A stretch of 64,000 nt of DNA from Candidatus Zhuqueibacterota bacterium (GCA_014728115.1 WJME01000336.1:13563-77562), one strand, 5' to 3'; shown: positions 20,814 to 30,804, counted from the stretch's first letter. The notes: generated by a model from the letters alone, not told the origin. Numbers and translations: made by a program.

Positions 20814-20829
20814 TTTAAACCGGTTCAAA
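20814..20829. promoter_or_regulatory. Putative LacI operator of the TRAP/sugar-acid cluster
   Basis: Near-palindrome TTTAAACCGGTTCAAA with the central CG typical of LacI-family operators, directly upstream of the dctP RBS. Confidence 0.6.
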
Positions 20830-21043
20830 AGTTTTATCAATATAAACAATCTGCAAAAGATTGTCAACGGAAATCAGGGTTTATATTCAATAGGTTTATA
20901 AACATGGCCACTGCTGTCACAAATGAACAATGGCGACCTCTGCGTTGATCTTTGTCTGTCTGAACAAGCGTGAAATATAACACATTTGAAAGAGTCGGAA
21001 ATGTAACAGAGTTCAAAGCAGGGCTGTCCCCTCAGGATGATAT

Positions 21044-21077
21044 AAAAAAATGGCTGGCTCTCGGTGAACCAGCCATT
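21044..21077 (-). terminator. Intrinsic terminator after ferredoxin
   Basis: aatggctgg...ccagccatt hairpin with a T-run on the minus strand. Confidence 0.65.
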
Positions 21078-21096
21078 CTATATAAAAACCGGTTGG

Positions 21097-21285
21097 CTAT
21101 TCTTCAATAAAGATGCATTCGGCAGGACAGGATTCTGCACATTCGCGAGCCAATTCTTCCTGATCTTCCGGGACAACGTCGACGATTACTTTTGCCACAT
21201 CATCACCCATTTCAAAAATCTCGGGAGCCGTGTCAGTACAGAGCTCACATGCTGTGCAAAGATCCTCATCAATTTTAACCTTCAT
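21097..21285 (-). CDS. Monocluster [4Fe-4S]/[3Fe-4S] ferredoxin
   Basis: CTACELC...CP; ATG at 21285 after ggagga. Confidence 0.92.
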   Translation of the reverse strand: MKVKIDEDLCTACELCTDTAPEIFEMGDDVAKVIVDVVPEDQEELARECAESCPAECIFIEE

Positions 21286-21479
21286 TTTATCCTCCAATAT
21301 GGTTTTTAATTAAGGTGGTTTCCTGAAATCGGGTTAATTTACAAACAAGTTTACTACAATTCAAGTATTTTATATTTATTCAGCAAGTTTATGAAATTTC
21401 GATTGAATGTCTCCTAAAAAATTGTATTTTAATGACAACCATAAAGACAAGCCGCACTATCAATTCCGGGAGTCTTGCT

Positions 21480-22727
21480 ATGATGAACTATGTCTGGCTC
21501 TTTCTCGTGGCCATTGCCATCCTTGTTGCGTTCATCACCGGCAATGTCAAAGAGATCACAGACGCCGCATTCGAATATGCAGAAACATCCGTAAATATCG
21601 CATTCAGCCTGATCGGTATCATGGCTCTCTGGCTGGGTATCATGAAAATCGCAGAAGAAGCCGGGCTCATCAGACTATTAGCCAGGGCGATCCGGCCCGT
21701 TAGCCGGTTTCTCTTTCCTCAAATCCCTTCTGACCACCCCGCAATCGGGGCTATTGTCATGAATCTGTCTGCCAACTGGCTGGGACTGGGCAATGCCGCC
21801 ACGCCCATGGGTATTAAAGCCATGGAACACTTGCAGGAACTCAATGAAGACAAGGAAACCGCCTCAAATGCCATGATCATGTTTCTCGCGCTCAATACCG
21901 CCAGTATTACCCTCATTCCTATGACGGTGATCGGTATCCGGGCCGGACTGGGATCTCAAAATCCGGCGGCAATCATCGGCACTACGATTTTCGCATCGAC
22001 AATGGCCACAATCACAGCCATCACGATGGTCAAGCTCTTTTCAGCCATTGAAACAACAACAGAAGGGTTTGGTTCCTTTGTCAGTGAAAACCTCAAAGGC
22101 ATCCTCGTCTTTTTGGCGCTGGTCGCGTTTATCCTCACCTTTTGGTTGTCCGGTCTTGCCTCGATTGTCACATCGATCCTGCCGGAAAACCTGTTCAATG
22201 TCGTGATCAGTACCCTGTCTAAATATGCCATTCCAGTGGTGCTCCTGATCATCCCGGTTATCGGCCTCATCAAAAAAGTCAAGGTCTATGAAACATTTGT
22301 AGAAGGAGCCAAAGAAGGATTCCAGGTGGCTATTCGCATTATCCCTTATCTGGTGGCCATCCTCGTCGCAATCGGGATGCTGCGTGCCTCTGGCGCTATG
22401 GAAGCGTTTGTGACCCTGTTGACACCCCTGACCAAGCTGATCGGCATGCCCGCCGAAATCCTGCCCGCCGCGATCATGCGTCCGCTCTCGGGCAGCGGGG
22501 CCCTCGGTGTGATTACTGAACTCATCAAAACGCACGGCCCGGACTCTTTTATCGGCCAGCTGGCTTCGACGATTTATGGCTCTACGGAAACAACTTTTTA
22601 TGTCATCGCGGTCTATTTTGGCGCCGTCAATGTGAAAAAAATCCGGTATGCCATTCCAGCCGGACTCGTTGCAGATATCGCCGGTATCCTTGCCGCTGTT
22701 TTTATTTGCAGATTGATGTTCCTGTAA
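21480..22727 (+). CDS. SpmA/SpmB fusion membrane protein (nucleoside-recognition gate domains)
   Basis: ANWLGLGNAATPMGIKAM, MRPLSGSG, GSTETTFYVIAVYFG. Confidence 0.9.
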   Translation: MMNYVWLFLVAIAILVAFITGNVKEITDAAFEYAETSVNIAFSLIGIMALWLGIMKIAEEAGLIRLLARAIRPVSRFLFPQIPSDHPAIGAIVMNLSANWLGLGNAATPMGIKAMEHLQELNEDKETASNAMIMFLALNTASITLIPMTVIGIRAGLGSQNPAAIIGTTIFASTMATITAITMVKLFSAIETTTEGFGSFVSENLKGILVFLALVAFILTFWLSGLASIVTSILPENLFNVVISTLSKYAIPVVLLIIPVIGLIKKVKVYETFVEGAKEGFQVAIRIIPYLVAILVAIGMLRASGAMEAFVTLLTPLTKLIGMPAEILPAAIMRPLSGSGALGVITELIKTHGPDSFIGQLASTIYGSTETTFYVIAVYFGAVNVKKIRYAIPAGLVADIAGILAAVFICRLMFL

Positions 22728-23017
22728 TATACAGCCTGAATTCTCATAAAAACACGGAAGGAAGGATTGCCCTGATCTTTGACTGCCTTGATTTTGGCGG
22801 CTGGCCCCCCCCGGGGATGCAGACCTGTTATGCTGATCCTTGACTATCCTGAAAAAAGAGTGGTGTATACCTGTCTGGACAAAACAGCTCAAACTGATAC
22901 TACAAAGTCACAGAACCCATAAGAAATTGACGCAAATGTCGAAAAATAAAATGGCATATAAATTGCAATGAGTTCAGAAAAATCAAAAAATACTCACCAC
23001 CCCCCCCCCATACCCAT

Positions 23018-23056
23018 ACAGGGTCTGATCAGCATAGATGTTGATCAGACCTGTTT
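23018..23056. terminator. Hairpin between convergent genes
   Basis: ggtctgatcagcat...atgttgatcagacc inverted repeat. Confidence 0.55.
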
Positions 23057-24730
23057 CTATGGATCAGCGGTTTCGGATAACGCTCCATGAAAGGCATGGG
23101 GAGCATCGGTGACAAACCATCGAATCCCCAAAGATTTCAATTTTGCAAGCGATACCGGAGTAAAAACAAAAGGCCGCACCTGAAGAACCAGCCCTCGCTC
23201 TGCCAATACAGTAAAAGCGTACTTTAACCACTCGGACTCGATATCATAGACGACCACTCCCTGTTCCTCATGGCCATGGAGATGGACCTGCAATTGATCG
23301 ATTCCGGCAAAAGCCTGTTCATTCAGGGTTTCAAACTGTTTCTTGATTTCACTTTCCGTTCCCGAAAGCCATGTCATGGTGCGGCTCAATAAAAATTTTG
23401 CTTTGAGACGACGCAACTCGTCGGGTTCACCATGTACGAATATCAGACGGGATTCGACACCCGTCTCTGCAATCATGCTCTCGAGCATCCCTGAATCGAC
23501 GTCTCCTTTCAAATCGATATAAAGCTGCCTGCCGGGATCTTTGACCATCATCTGCAGCACTTGCTCCAGCCTGGGTATTTTTTCTTCCTTGAAAGATGCG
23601 TCAAAATGAGATCCCACATCGATATTCTTGATTTGATTCCAGGTCAATTGCGAGACCGGTTTTGTTTTCCATGCAAATGAATCAGGTGCCGTCATTTCCA
23701 GTGTTTCATCATGCAAAGCCACCAAAACACCATCCGCTGTGTGTCGAACATCGATCTCAGGAATCGCCCCCGGGATAGCCCAGGCATGTTTCAATGCGGC
23801 CAGTGTGTTTTCAGGAGCTTCATCCACAGCCCCACGATGCGCCTGAAAATAAAAAAGCGGGTCCGGCTCTTTTACATAGTCATAATGAGCGATAACCGGA
23901 AAGTGATCGCTGGGATAAAGCCTGTCATAGTCACGATTATCGATAATCGCTTTTTGTGCCTTGATAGGTCCCCTCGCCAAAATCCAGTCGATACGACGAC
24001 CCCCATCATGGGGTCCGTATCGAAAACCGTTAAAAGTATCGAGACCTTCCCCCACCCGCTCACTAGCCTTGAGCCATGAATCCTCAAAGGCTGCGGCTTT
24101 GGTCAGGATATCATAAGCAGGATGTTGCCCTGCCTGAGCATTGAAATCGCCGACCAGGATGACAGGTGTCCCGGATTCAATATCGCGTGTCTTTTTCTCT
24201 ATCAGGAAGGCACTGTTGACGCGTGCCAACTCTACACGATGATCGAAATGGGTATTGATAAAGACAAATTCCCTTGAAACCTGTTTGTCCCTGAACTTTA
24301 CCCAGGTAACCATTCGCCGGTTGGTATTGCCCCAGCTTGCCGATGCCATGGTCAAGGGGGTATCGGAAAGCCAAAAGTGATCGAATTCCAGAGGCTGTAA
24401 CCGTTGCGTATCATAATAGACGGCCATGAATTCATTGCGACTGCCGCCATCCCGCCCCAGCCCGATCCACTCATAGCCAGGCAATGCTTCATCCAAATCC
24501 TTGACCTGATTGTAAAATGCTTCCTGAACACCAAAGACATGAGGGGCATGATCCTCGATCACCTCTTTGATTTTTGGCAAGCGGCTCTGCCAGTCATTGG
24601 GAGGTTCCTGATACCGGTTCTTGATATTAAAGGTCATGACGATCAGCGTCGAATCCGCGGCATGCAGAGGTTGATGAATCGGATTGGCCATAAAAAAATA
24701 AACGAGTGACAGACAAATAAATGGCTTCAT
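23057..24730 (-). CDS. Secreted EEP (endonuclease/exonuclease/phosphatase) + glycerophosphodiester phosphodiesterase fusion
   Basis: MTFNI, GVQE, NTHFD, GDFN, IDWI, SDHFP, then AHRG...PENT...EIDV...HD. Confidence 0.85.
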   Translation of the reverse strand: MKPFICLSLVYFFMANPIHQPLHAADSTLIVMTFNIKNRYQEPPNDWQSRLPKIKEVIEDHAPHVFGVQEAFYNQVKDLDEALPGYEWIGLGRDGGSRNEFMAVYYDTQRLQPLEFDHFWLSDTPLTMASASWGNTNRRMVTWVKFRDKQVSREFVFINTHFDHRVELARVNSAFLIEKKTRDIESGTPVILVGDFNAQAGQHPAYDILTKAAAFEDSWLKASERVGEGLDTFNGFRYGPHDGGRRIDWILARGPIKAQKAIIDNRDYDRLYPSDHFPVIAHYDYVKEPDPLFYFQAHRGAVDEAPENTLAALKHAWAIPGAIPEIDVRHTADGVLVALHDETLEMTAPDSFAWKTKPVSQLTWNQIKNIDVGSHFDASFKEEKIPRLEQVLQMMVKDPGRQLYIDLKGDVDSGMLESMIAETGVESRLIFVHGEPDELRRLKAKFLLSRTMTWLSGTESEIKKQFETLNEQAFAGIDQLQVHLHGHEEQGVVVYDIESEWLKYAFTVLAERGLVLQVRPFVFTPVSLAKLKSLGIRWFVTDAPHAFHGALSETADP

Positions 24731-24970
24731 TGTTTCTTTCCGGTCTATGCGTTAAACAGAATCAGCAGGATTCATCAGGACACACAGAGAATAAACTTGA
24801 GAAAAAACAGTAAGATATTGCACCATCATTTTTTACAACCAAACATTTCTCAATGGAAAAACTCTATGTTTTTACCGCTTTGGAGAAAAACTGTGAATCT
24901 CTGTGATTTCTGCGGTTCTCTTTTACGGGGTTAAAAATCCATCTTGAACGATAATAGTACTAATGAGAAA

Positions 24971-25000
24971 CAAAATGCCAGGCGATCACCTGGCATTTGA
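24971..25000 (-). terminator. Intrinsic terminator
   Basis: aaatgccagg-cgatca-cctggcattt hairpin after the GH109 gene. Confidence 0.6.
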
Positions 25001-25001
25001 C

Positions 25002-26363
25002 TCAAACTGTAACGATTCCCAGAGGCGGGTTGGTTTCCCACTTGCCCCGGGTAAAATCCGGAAAATCCACAGGCCGGCTCTTGTTTGCCACGGATTCCTC
25101 ACTCAGGGGCCCGACCACACTCCAGGCCGCCGCATCATAGACATCCATATCCATGGGTTTGCCTTCGCGCAGGCACTGGATCAGTCGATAGTCTTCGATA
25201 TAGTCCATGCCGCCATGACCGCGTCCTGCACCCCGTTCGGCAATGGCGGTCCAGAGCGGATGATCGTATTGTTCATAGTAATCTTCCATGGGTTCCCACT
25301 CGTGAGCCGGACTCTTGCCTTCGATATGTAACCGGTTGGGCCACCCCTGTGCCAGGCCTTTGGTGCCCTGCACCATATTGATGCGAGAGTAGGGACGGGG
25401 CAGGTTGCAATCATGAATCAGAATAATGGTTTTGCCCAGTTTGGTTTTGATCAATGAGGTATTGACATCACCCAGTTTAAACGTCTCCTGATTATAGGGA
25501 TGATTGGACGGATAGTTTTCTTTGGCATAGAGCTGCAAGCCACGCGACGGACTGCTCATGGAGACCAGGAAATCAAAGGCATCACCACGATTGATGTTCA
25601 TGGTCTGGGCAACCGGACCCAGTCCGTGCGTCGGGTAGAGATTGCCGTTGCGATCCCAGGAGTGGTTTCTGCGCCATAATCCCTCGCCTTTTTCACTGAA
25701 TTTGATGGCTCGCAAATCGTGCAAATAACCGGCTTCGGCGTGCAGGATCTCGCCAAACAGGCCCTGGCGTACCATATTCAAAACCATGAGTTCCGGACGA
25801 TTGTAGCAACAGTTCTCCATCATGACACAATGCTTTTGATATTTTTCCGCTGTCTCTACCAACGCCCAGCAGCCGTCCACCGTATAAGCAGCTGGAACTT
25901 CGGTGGCAGCGTGCTTGCCGTTTTTCATGGCTGACACGCATACCGGTACGTGCCATCTCCAGGGGGTGGCGGTGTAGACCAGATCCAGTTCTTCGGTTTC
26001 ACACATGCGTTCAAAATCATATTCGCCCCGAGAATAGCCTGTGGGCCTGGGTTGCCCGGCTTCCACAACCCATTTTTGAATACGTTCTACTTTTTCCGGA
26101 ACGATATCGCACACGGCCTTGATCTGAGCCCCCGGAATATTCAAAAGATTGCGTACATGGTTCGACCCCATGCCACCGACGCCTACATAACCGATACGAA
26201 CGGTCTCGATAGGATCCACTTTGAATTCAGTCAATGCCTCTCCTGTGCCACGCGGCGATCCACACCCGGCCATCTTTGAAGCAATAAACAATGAGCTCAG
26301 ACCGGCTGTGCTGATTTTGATAAAATCTCGCCGCTGAAAATCCCGTTCCTGGTGATCATACAT
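25002..26363 (-). CDS. GH109 NAD-dependent alpha-N-acetylgalactosaminidase-like protein (Tat lipoprotein)
   Basis: RRDFIK Tat motif, ATPWRWH, TEVPAA, MENCCY, YPTHGLGP, GHGGMD. Confidence 0.9.
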   Translation of the reverse strand: MYDHQERDFQRRDFIKISTAGLSSLFIASKMAGCGSPRGTGEALTEFKVDPIETVRIGYVGVGGMGSNHVRNLLNIPGAQIKAVCDIVPEKVERIQKWVVEAGQPRPTGYSRGEYDFERMCETEELDLVYTATPWRWHVPVCVSAMKNGKHAATEVPAAYTVDGCWALVETAEKYQKHCVMMENCCYNRPELMVLNMVRQGLFGEILHAEAGYLHDLRAIKFSEKGEGLWRRNHSWDRNGNLYPTHGLGPVAQTMNINRGDAFDFLVSMSSPSRGLQLYAKENYPSNHPYNQETFKLGDVNTSLIKTKLGKTIILIHDCNLPRPYSRINMVQGTKGLAQGWPNRLHIEGKSPAHEWEPMEDYYEQYDHPLWTAIAERGAGRGHGGMDYIEDYRLIQCLREGKPMDMDVYDAAAWSVVGPLSEESVANKSRPVDFPDFTRGKWETNPPLGIVTV

Positions 26364-26602
26364 TTTTCTCCTCCTTCACTAATGCCCCTGGGTTATGCCG
26401 TTCTTTCGTTCTCTTTCAATCTATCACATTCAGCGTTGGTAAGCAAATCATTTTTACATACTGTTGAATTGTTGAACCGTTAAATTGTTTAAATGAATTG
26501 TTCTCTCCATTCTAATCAAGCTCTGCGTATTTGAAAAGACTCGTAACATCCAGCACACCAAAGCCTCGAGGCAAAGCACGAGAAGCAGAGTCGAGTACAA
26601 AC

Positions 26603-28948
26603 TTAATCACCGATTTCAGTGCTCATCGATGGGGGTGCAGCCTGGGGATCACTGGCCCATTCTTTGTTCGGAGTAGGTCCCAGTTCGAGTTCCAAAGTCC
26701 CTCCGTGCACGAGCTCATCATGATAAAACCAGGCTTTGTTCAACTCGACACCATTCAGCCGGGCAGACTGAATATAGACAGTAGAATCGGAATTGTTTGA
26801 AACATTAATCTCAAACGTTTTGCCCGGATAATAGTCCGGATCCAATTCGATCACGATACGATCAAAGACCGGACTCGTCAATTCATAGATGGGACGAATA
26901 TCTGCGCCACCGCGCATCTGAAAGAGTCCCATGGACATCAAGGCACTCAATGATCCCATGAGCCCTTGATCTTCATCATCATTATAACCGCTCTCGGGTG
27001 TGATGCCTCCAAAGGCGAACTCATTGACGCGACGAATCCATTCCTGGGTCAACCATGGTGCGCCGGAATAATTGAAAAGATGTCCCACCTGTGTGGCTGG
27101 CTGGTTGCCGTAATTGAGATGGTCATCATATTCGCCATGGGACGAAACAAACCGGTGTGGTTCTGCCTGCTCGAAGGCAAAGTTTAACTTGTTGTTAAAA
27201 ACATTGCTGCCCCCCACGAGTTCGATCAATCCTGCCACATCATGCGGCACATACCATGTGGCCTGATAGGCATTGCTCTCGACGAATCCGGTGCGATCGG
27301 CGGGATCGAATGGCGTGATCCAGGACCCATCCATCATGCGTGGCCGCATATAGCCGGATTCTTTGTCATACAAATTCCGGTAATTGCGAGCCCGTTGCAT
27401 AAACAATTCATAGTCGTCTGCTTTACCCAATGCTTTGGCCATCTGAGCCAGACACCAGTCGTTATAAGCGTATTCCAGGGTCTGACCGGCACCTGAAACG
27501 TGAAAAGCCCTGGCTTTAATCCCCAACGGTATATATCCCCTTTCGATATAGTATTCTATCCCGCCACCCTCAGAAGACTCGTGTTCATAGCCGGCCTTGG
27601 ACATGAGACCCCCCGGAAAATGATTTTTTCGCATACCCTCATACGCTTTGTCGATATCAAAATCCCGTATGCCTTTCATATAATTAGAGACAATAAACGG
27701 GGTGGTCTGGGCCGAGGTCATCACAAAAGTATAATTCCCGCCCGAAGGTCCGCGGGGGATCAACCCGCCATTGTCATAATAGTCGAGAAAGCAGCGTGTA
27801 AACTCGCTGGCCACACGCGGATACACCAGGGACCAGAGCGTGTTCAAGGTCCACTGTGCGCCCCAGAATGAATCAGAGTTATAGTGGTGATATTCAGGAT
27901 TGCCCCACTCGTCCAGAGGAATCTGGCGAGTCACGGGCTCGTCACCGGTCATGTCACAATACATACCATTGACATCGCTGACGATTCGTCGTCCCAGTAT
28001 CGAATGCCAAAGATCGGTATAGAATTTGATTTTTTGTGCCTCGGTTCCGCCCTCGACCCTGACCTTGCTCAGCCATTCATTCCAGATGCGGCGCGAATCC
28101 TGGCGCACCCGATCGAAATTCCAGTGCGGACATTCGGTTTGCAAATTTCGCCGGGCCTGGTCGATGCTGACATAGGAAATCGCAACCTTGATTTGCAGAA
28201 CCCGGTCTCTTGAAGAATCGAACGTGAGCCATACGCCAATGTCATCGCCCTGGATATCTGTTTCATACATAAGGGTCTTTGAGCCGTCCCAGCAGCGAAA
28301 TCCCAGCATCGGTTTGTCAAAAAATGCCACAAAATAGATCCGCGTATCTTTGGGCCGGCGGCGTGTTCCTTTGGCTGTCACATACCCTTCGATTTCGCGG
28401 TTATTGACCTGACGGGACAGACAATCCACCATGTCAGAGGGACCCAGCTCTGCACCCAGGTTAAACAGCACATGCAAAGGAATGTCGTCCTCGGTCGTGT
28501 AGCGATGAAATCCGACCCGGGTAGTAGAGGTCAGCTCGGCAGTGATTTTGTGATCCTTGAGATAGACTTTGTGATATCCCGGTGCGACCACTTCATCCGC
28601 ATGATCGAAATTGGACCCGTATAAGGCAGAGCCCACTGTGGGATCGAATTCACCTGTCACCGGCATCACCGGAATACCCGAGAGTTGCCAGGCATGAATG
28701 TGGCTGAAACTGTGAATAAAGGTTTCATTGTAACGGTATCCCGAATTCCAGGCGCCGTCGAGCTGGGTATCCGGACTCAGATTGATCATGCCAAACGGCC
28801 GGCAGGCTGATGAGAAAAAGAACCACCGTGAATTGGCGGAATCGATCCAGGGATCCACATAATCCACAGGCTCTTTGAGGGATTGGGCTCCCCCATGTGA
28901 GATCCCCAAAACTAAAAAAACTATCCATCCCCATTTATTTTTCTTCAT
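26603..28948 (-). CDS. GH92 alpha-mannosidase
   Basis: PFGMINLSPDT, TLEYAYNDW, FVESN, YGNQP, DEDQG. Confidence 0.92.
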   Translation of the reverse strand: MKKNKWGWIVFLVLGISHGGAQSLKEPVDYVDPWIDSANSRWFFFSSACRPFGMINLSPDTQLDGAWNSGYRYNETFIHSFSHIHAWQLSGIPVMPVTGEFDPTVGSALYGSNFDHADEVVAPGYHKVYLKDHKITAELTSTTRVGFHRYTTEDDIPLHVLFNLGAELGPSDMVDCLSRQVNNREIEGYVTAKGTRRRPKDTRIYFVAFFDKPMLGFRCWDGSKTLMYETDIQGDDIGVWLTFDSSRDRVLQIKVAISYVSIDQARRNLQTECPHWNFDRVRQDSRRIWNEWLSKVRVEGGTEAQKIKFYTDLWHSILGRRIVSDVNGMYCDMTGDEPVTRQIPLDEWGNPEYHHYNSDSFWGAQWTLNTLWSLVYPRVASEFTRCFLDYYDNGGLIPRGPSGGNYTFVMTSAQTTPFIVSNYMKGIRDFDIDKAYEGMRKNHFPGGLMSKAGYEHESSEGGGIEYYIERGYIPLGIKARAFHVSGAGQTLEYAYNDWCLAQMAKALGKADDYELFMQRARNYRNLYDKESGYMRPRMMDGSWITPFDPADRTGFVESNAYQATWYVPHDVAGLIELVGGSNVFNNKLNFAFEQAEPHRFVSSHGEYDDHLNYGNQPATQVGHLFNYSGAPWLTQEWIRRVNEFAFGGITPESGYNDDEDQGLMGSLSALMSMGLFQMRGGADIRPIYELTSPVFDRIVIELDPDYYPGKTFEINVSNNSDSTVYIQSARLNGVELNKAWFYHDELVHGGTLELELGPTPNKEWASDPQAAPPSMSTEIGD

Positions 28949-28961
28949 ATCAGGTTCCTGT

Positions 28962-30752
28962 CTATTCTGTAATATCCAGCCAAATTCTCGACCGTGCGCC
29001 GATGGTCATCTCTATACCGGATTCGTTGATCGGAAAGTTTCTGGATGATAACCGATCGACCGCCTTTTTCATGGTTTCGTGCATAAAACGAACGATAACC
29101 GGCTCGTTTTGATAATTCTGGATAAACCATTGTCCGGTCCCCATGGGTTGGCACGTGACCCAGGCCGGGGCTTGCAAGGTATAATCCTGAGAGACAAGGA
29201 ACTCTGCCCGGAGACGGTTGACCACAGGATCGGGAAGATCCAAGAGTCCCAGGGGTTTGGGGGAAAGCAAGACCTCTCCCACGGCATCGAAATCTTTTTG
29301 TGAGAACGTATGGGTATTCATCACCAGCACGTTGTTCAATTTTGTCAGAAAAGGAATGGGTGTATTTTGATATTGCACCCGGATCAAGGGTTTTGCACCG
29401 AGGAGACGTACCCTTGCCTCACAATCCACTGGCTGGTCCAGAGAAAAAACTTGATCATCCAGCAAAATCCGGCTCGCTGCAAATGGCTCACCGTCGAGGA
29501 ACCGCACACCTGCGATTTGTTCCAGTTGTGTTTGCCAATCAGCGGGTGCGTGTTTGAGAAAACCCGCCGTCAGGATAACGGTCTTTTTCTGTGCGACGGC
29601 ATCTTTGAGAATTGACATGATTTCAGGATCGGCCGTGGCCTGTGTGGGTAAGAAAAGCAATGGTGTGTTGAGATCCGGATCGGAAACCGGGACCAGAGGA
29701 ATCCCCAGCATTCCCAAAAAATCCATGATATAGAGATCTCCGCCGGCATCGCTATTGGCCGGTTTATAGGCAGAGATCCCGGTTACCGGATGCTCGCTGA
29801 TAGCCCGGTGCAGATTAACAAGTCCCGGCCATTCGCGGCGCAGGCGATGATGAGCCGGGTGGCCCTGAACCAGGTTGTTGAAATTGAAAATCATCAGTTC
29901 CGGGGCACCGGCCAGCACGCTCTGATAGGCCTGATCCATAAAATCATCGGCATCCGTATCCCCGTGGTCGAACCATGCGCCGGCCATCTTGTCGCCGCTC
30001 ATGCTGGCAATCCAGCGATAGTTCACAAAGCTTTCATAGGAAGGTACAAATCCGAATCGCTGCGTACGTGCGCCACGGCTTTCAGTACCTACCCATACAG
30101 AGTCGAATTTGGCTGACATGCGCGGCACGTCATATCCGAACAAATGAAATCGGTCATACCACTGCGGGTATTTGATGATCATGGTCATGTCATCATTCAC
30201 AGGATCTAAAAAAATCGTATCACATAATCGTGTCAACAGATCGCGGCGGTATTCGGACCATAATCGCTCTCCTCTGGCCTGTTTTGAAAGATCACTGGTA
30301 TCAGCCGTGCACAGAAAATCATCCACAATGAATGTATCGAAAACCCTGGCTTGTTCGGACATGATCTGCCTGAGATCCTGTTGGGTTTCGGGATGCTGCC
30401 AGTTGAACCAGTGCAACTTGCCTTCCTGTGGCACCCCTGTATCTCCACCGGGTACCGTAGCGATACCCCCGGCGACCCCGAATCCGGCCACCTCAAAACG
30501 ATCCCGGACACTCTTTAGCGTGGGCACCGGCACGACACGTCCTGACCGGTAGACCTCGAAAAATACGCGATCCACATTCAGCGAATTCAACAGGTTGATG
30601 GCTGCTTCCTGATCCGCGGGCGTAGAGAGATACCGGTCGATCGAATGGGCTGTGACATAGACTGCGAGGCGCAACTCTCCGGCACGCGTGCTCACCGCTA
30701 AAACCAGAGTTCCTGTCAGGACCAGAAACAATCTGTGCATGTGTTTCAACAT
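28962..30752 (-). CDS. Secreted hypothetical protein, possible glycoside hydrolase
   Basis: 596-aa ORF with signal peptide, 13 bp upstream of GH92; conserved-looking IVDDF, IIKYPQWY and VGTE segments. Confidence 0.55.
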   Translation of the reverse strand: MLKHMHRLFLVLTGTLVLAVSTRAGELRLAVYVTAHSIDRYLSTPADQEAAINLLNSLNVDRVFFEVYRSGRVVPVPTLKSVRDRFEVAGFGVAGGIATVPGGDTGVPQEGKLHWFNWQHPETQQDLRQIMSEQARVFDTFIVDDFLCTADTSDLSKQARGERLWSEYRRDLLTRLCDTIFLDPVNDDMTMIIKYPQWYDRFHLFGYDVPRMSAKFDSVWVGTESRGARTQRFGFVPSYESFVNYRWIASMSGDKMAGAWFDHGDTDADDFMDQAYQSVLAGAPELMIFNFNNLVQGHPAHHRLRREWPGLVNLHRAISEHPVTGISAYKPANSDAGGDLYIMDFLGMLGIPLVPVSDPDLNTPLLFLPTQATADPEIMSILKDAVAQKKTVILTAGFLKHAPADWQTQLEQIAGVRFLDGEPFAASRILLDDQVFSLDQPVDCEARVRLLGAKPLIRVQYQNTPIPFLTKLNNVLVMNTHTFSQKDFDAVGEVLLSPKPLGLLDLPDPVVNRLRAEFLVSQDYTLQAPAWVTCQPMGTGQWFIQNYQNEPVIVRFMHETMKKAVDRLSSRNFPINESGIEMTIGARSRIWLDITE

Positions 30753-30804
30753 AATGACTCCACATTTATACCACGATCTTTTTCTCAGGCTTGGGCGTTC
30801 GAAA

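Noticed and set aside
21480-22727. Sporulation system implied by spmA/B and spoVG
   Set aside because: Both families are widespread in non-sporulating bacteria, and no other sporulation genes are present.
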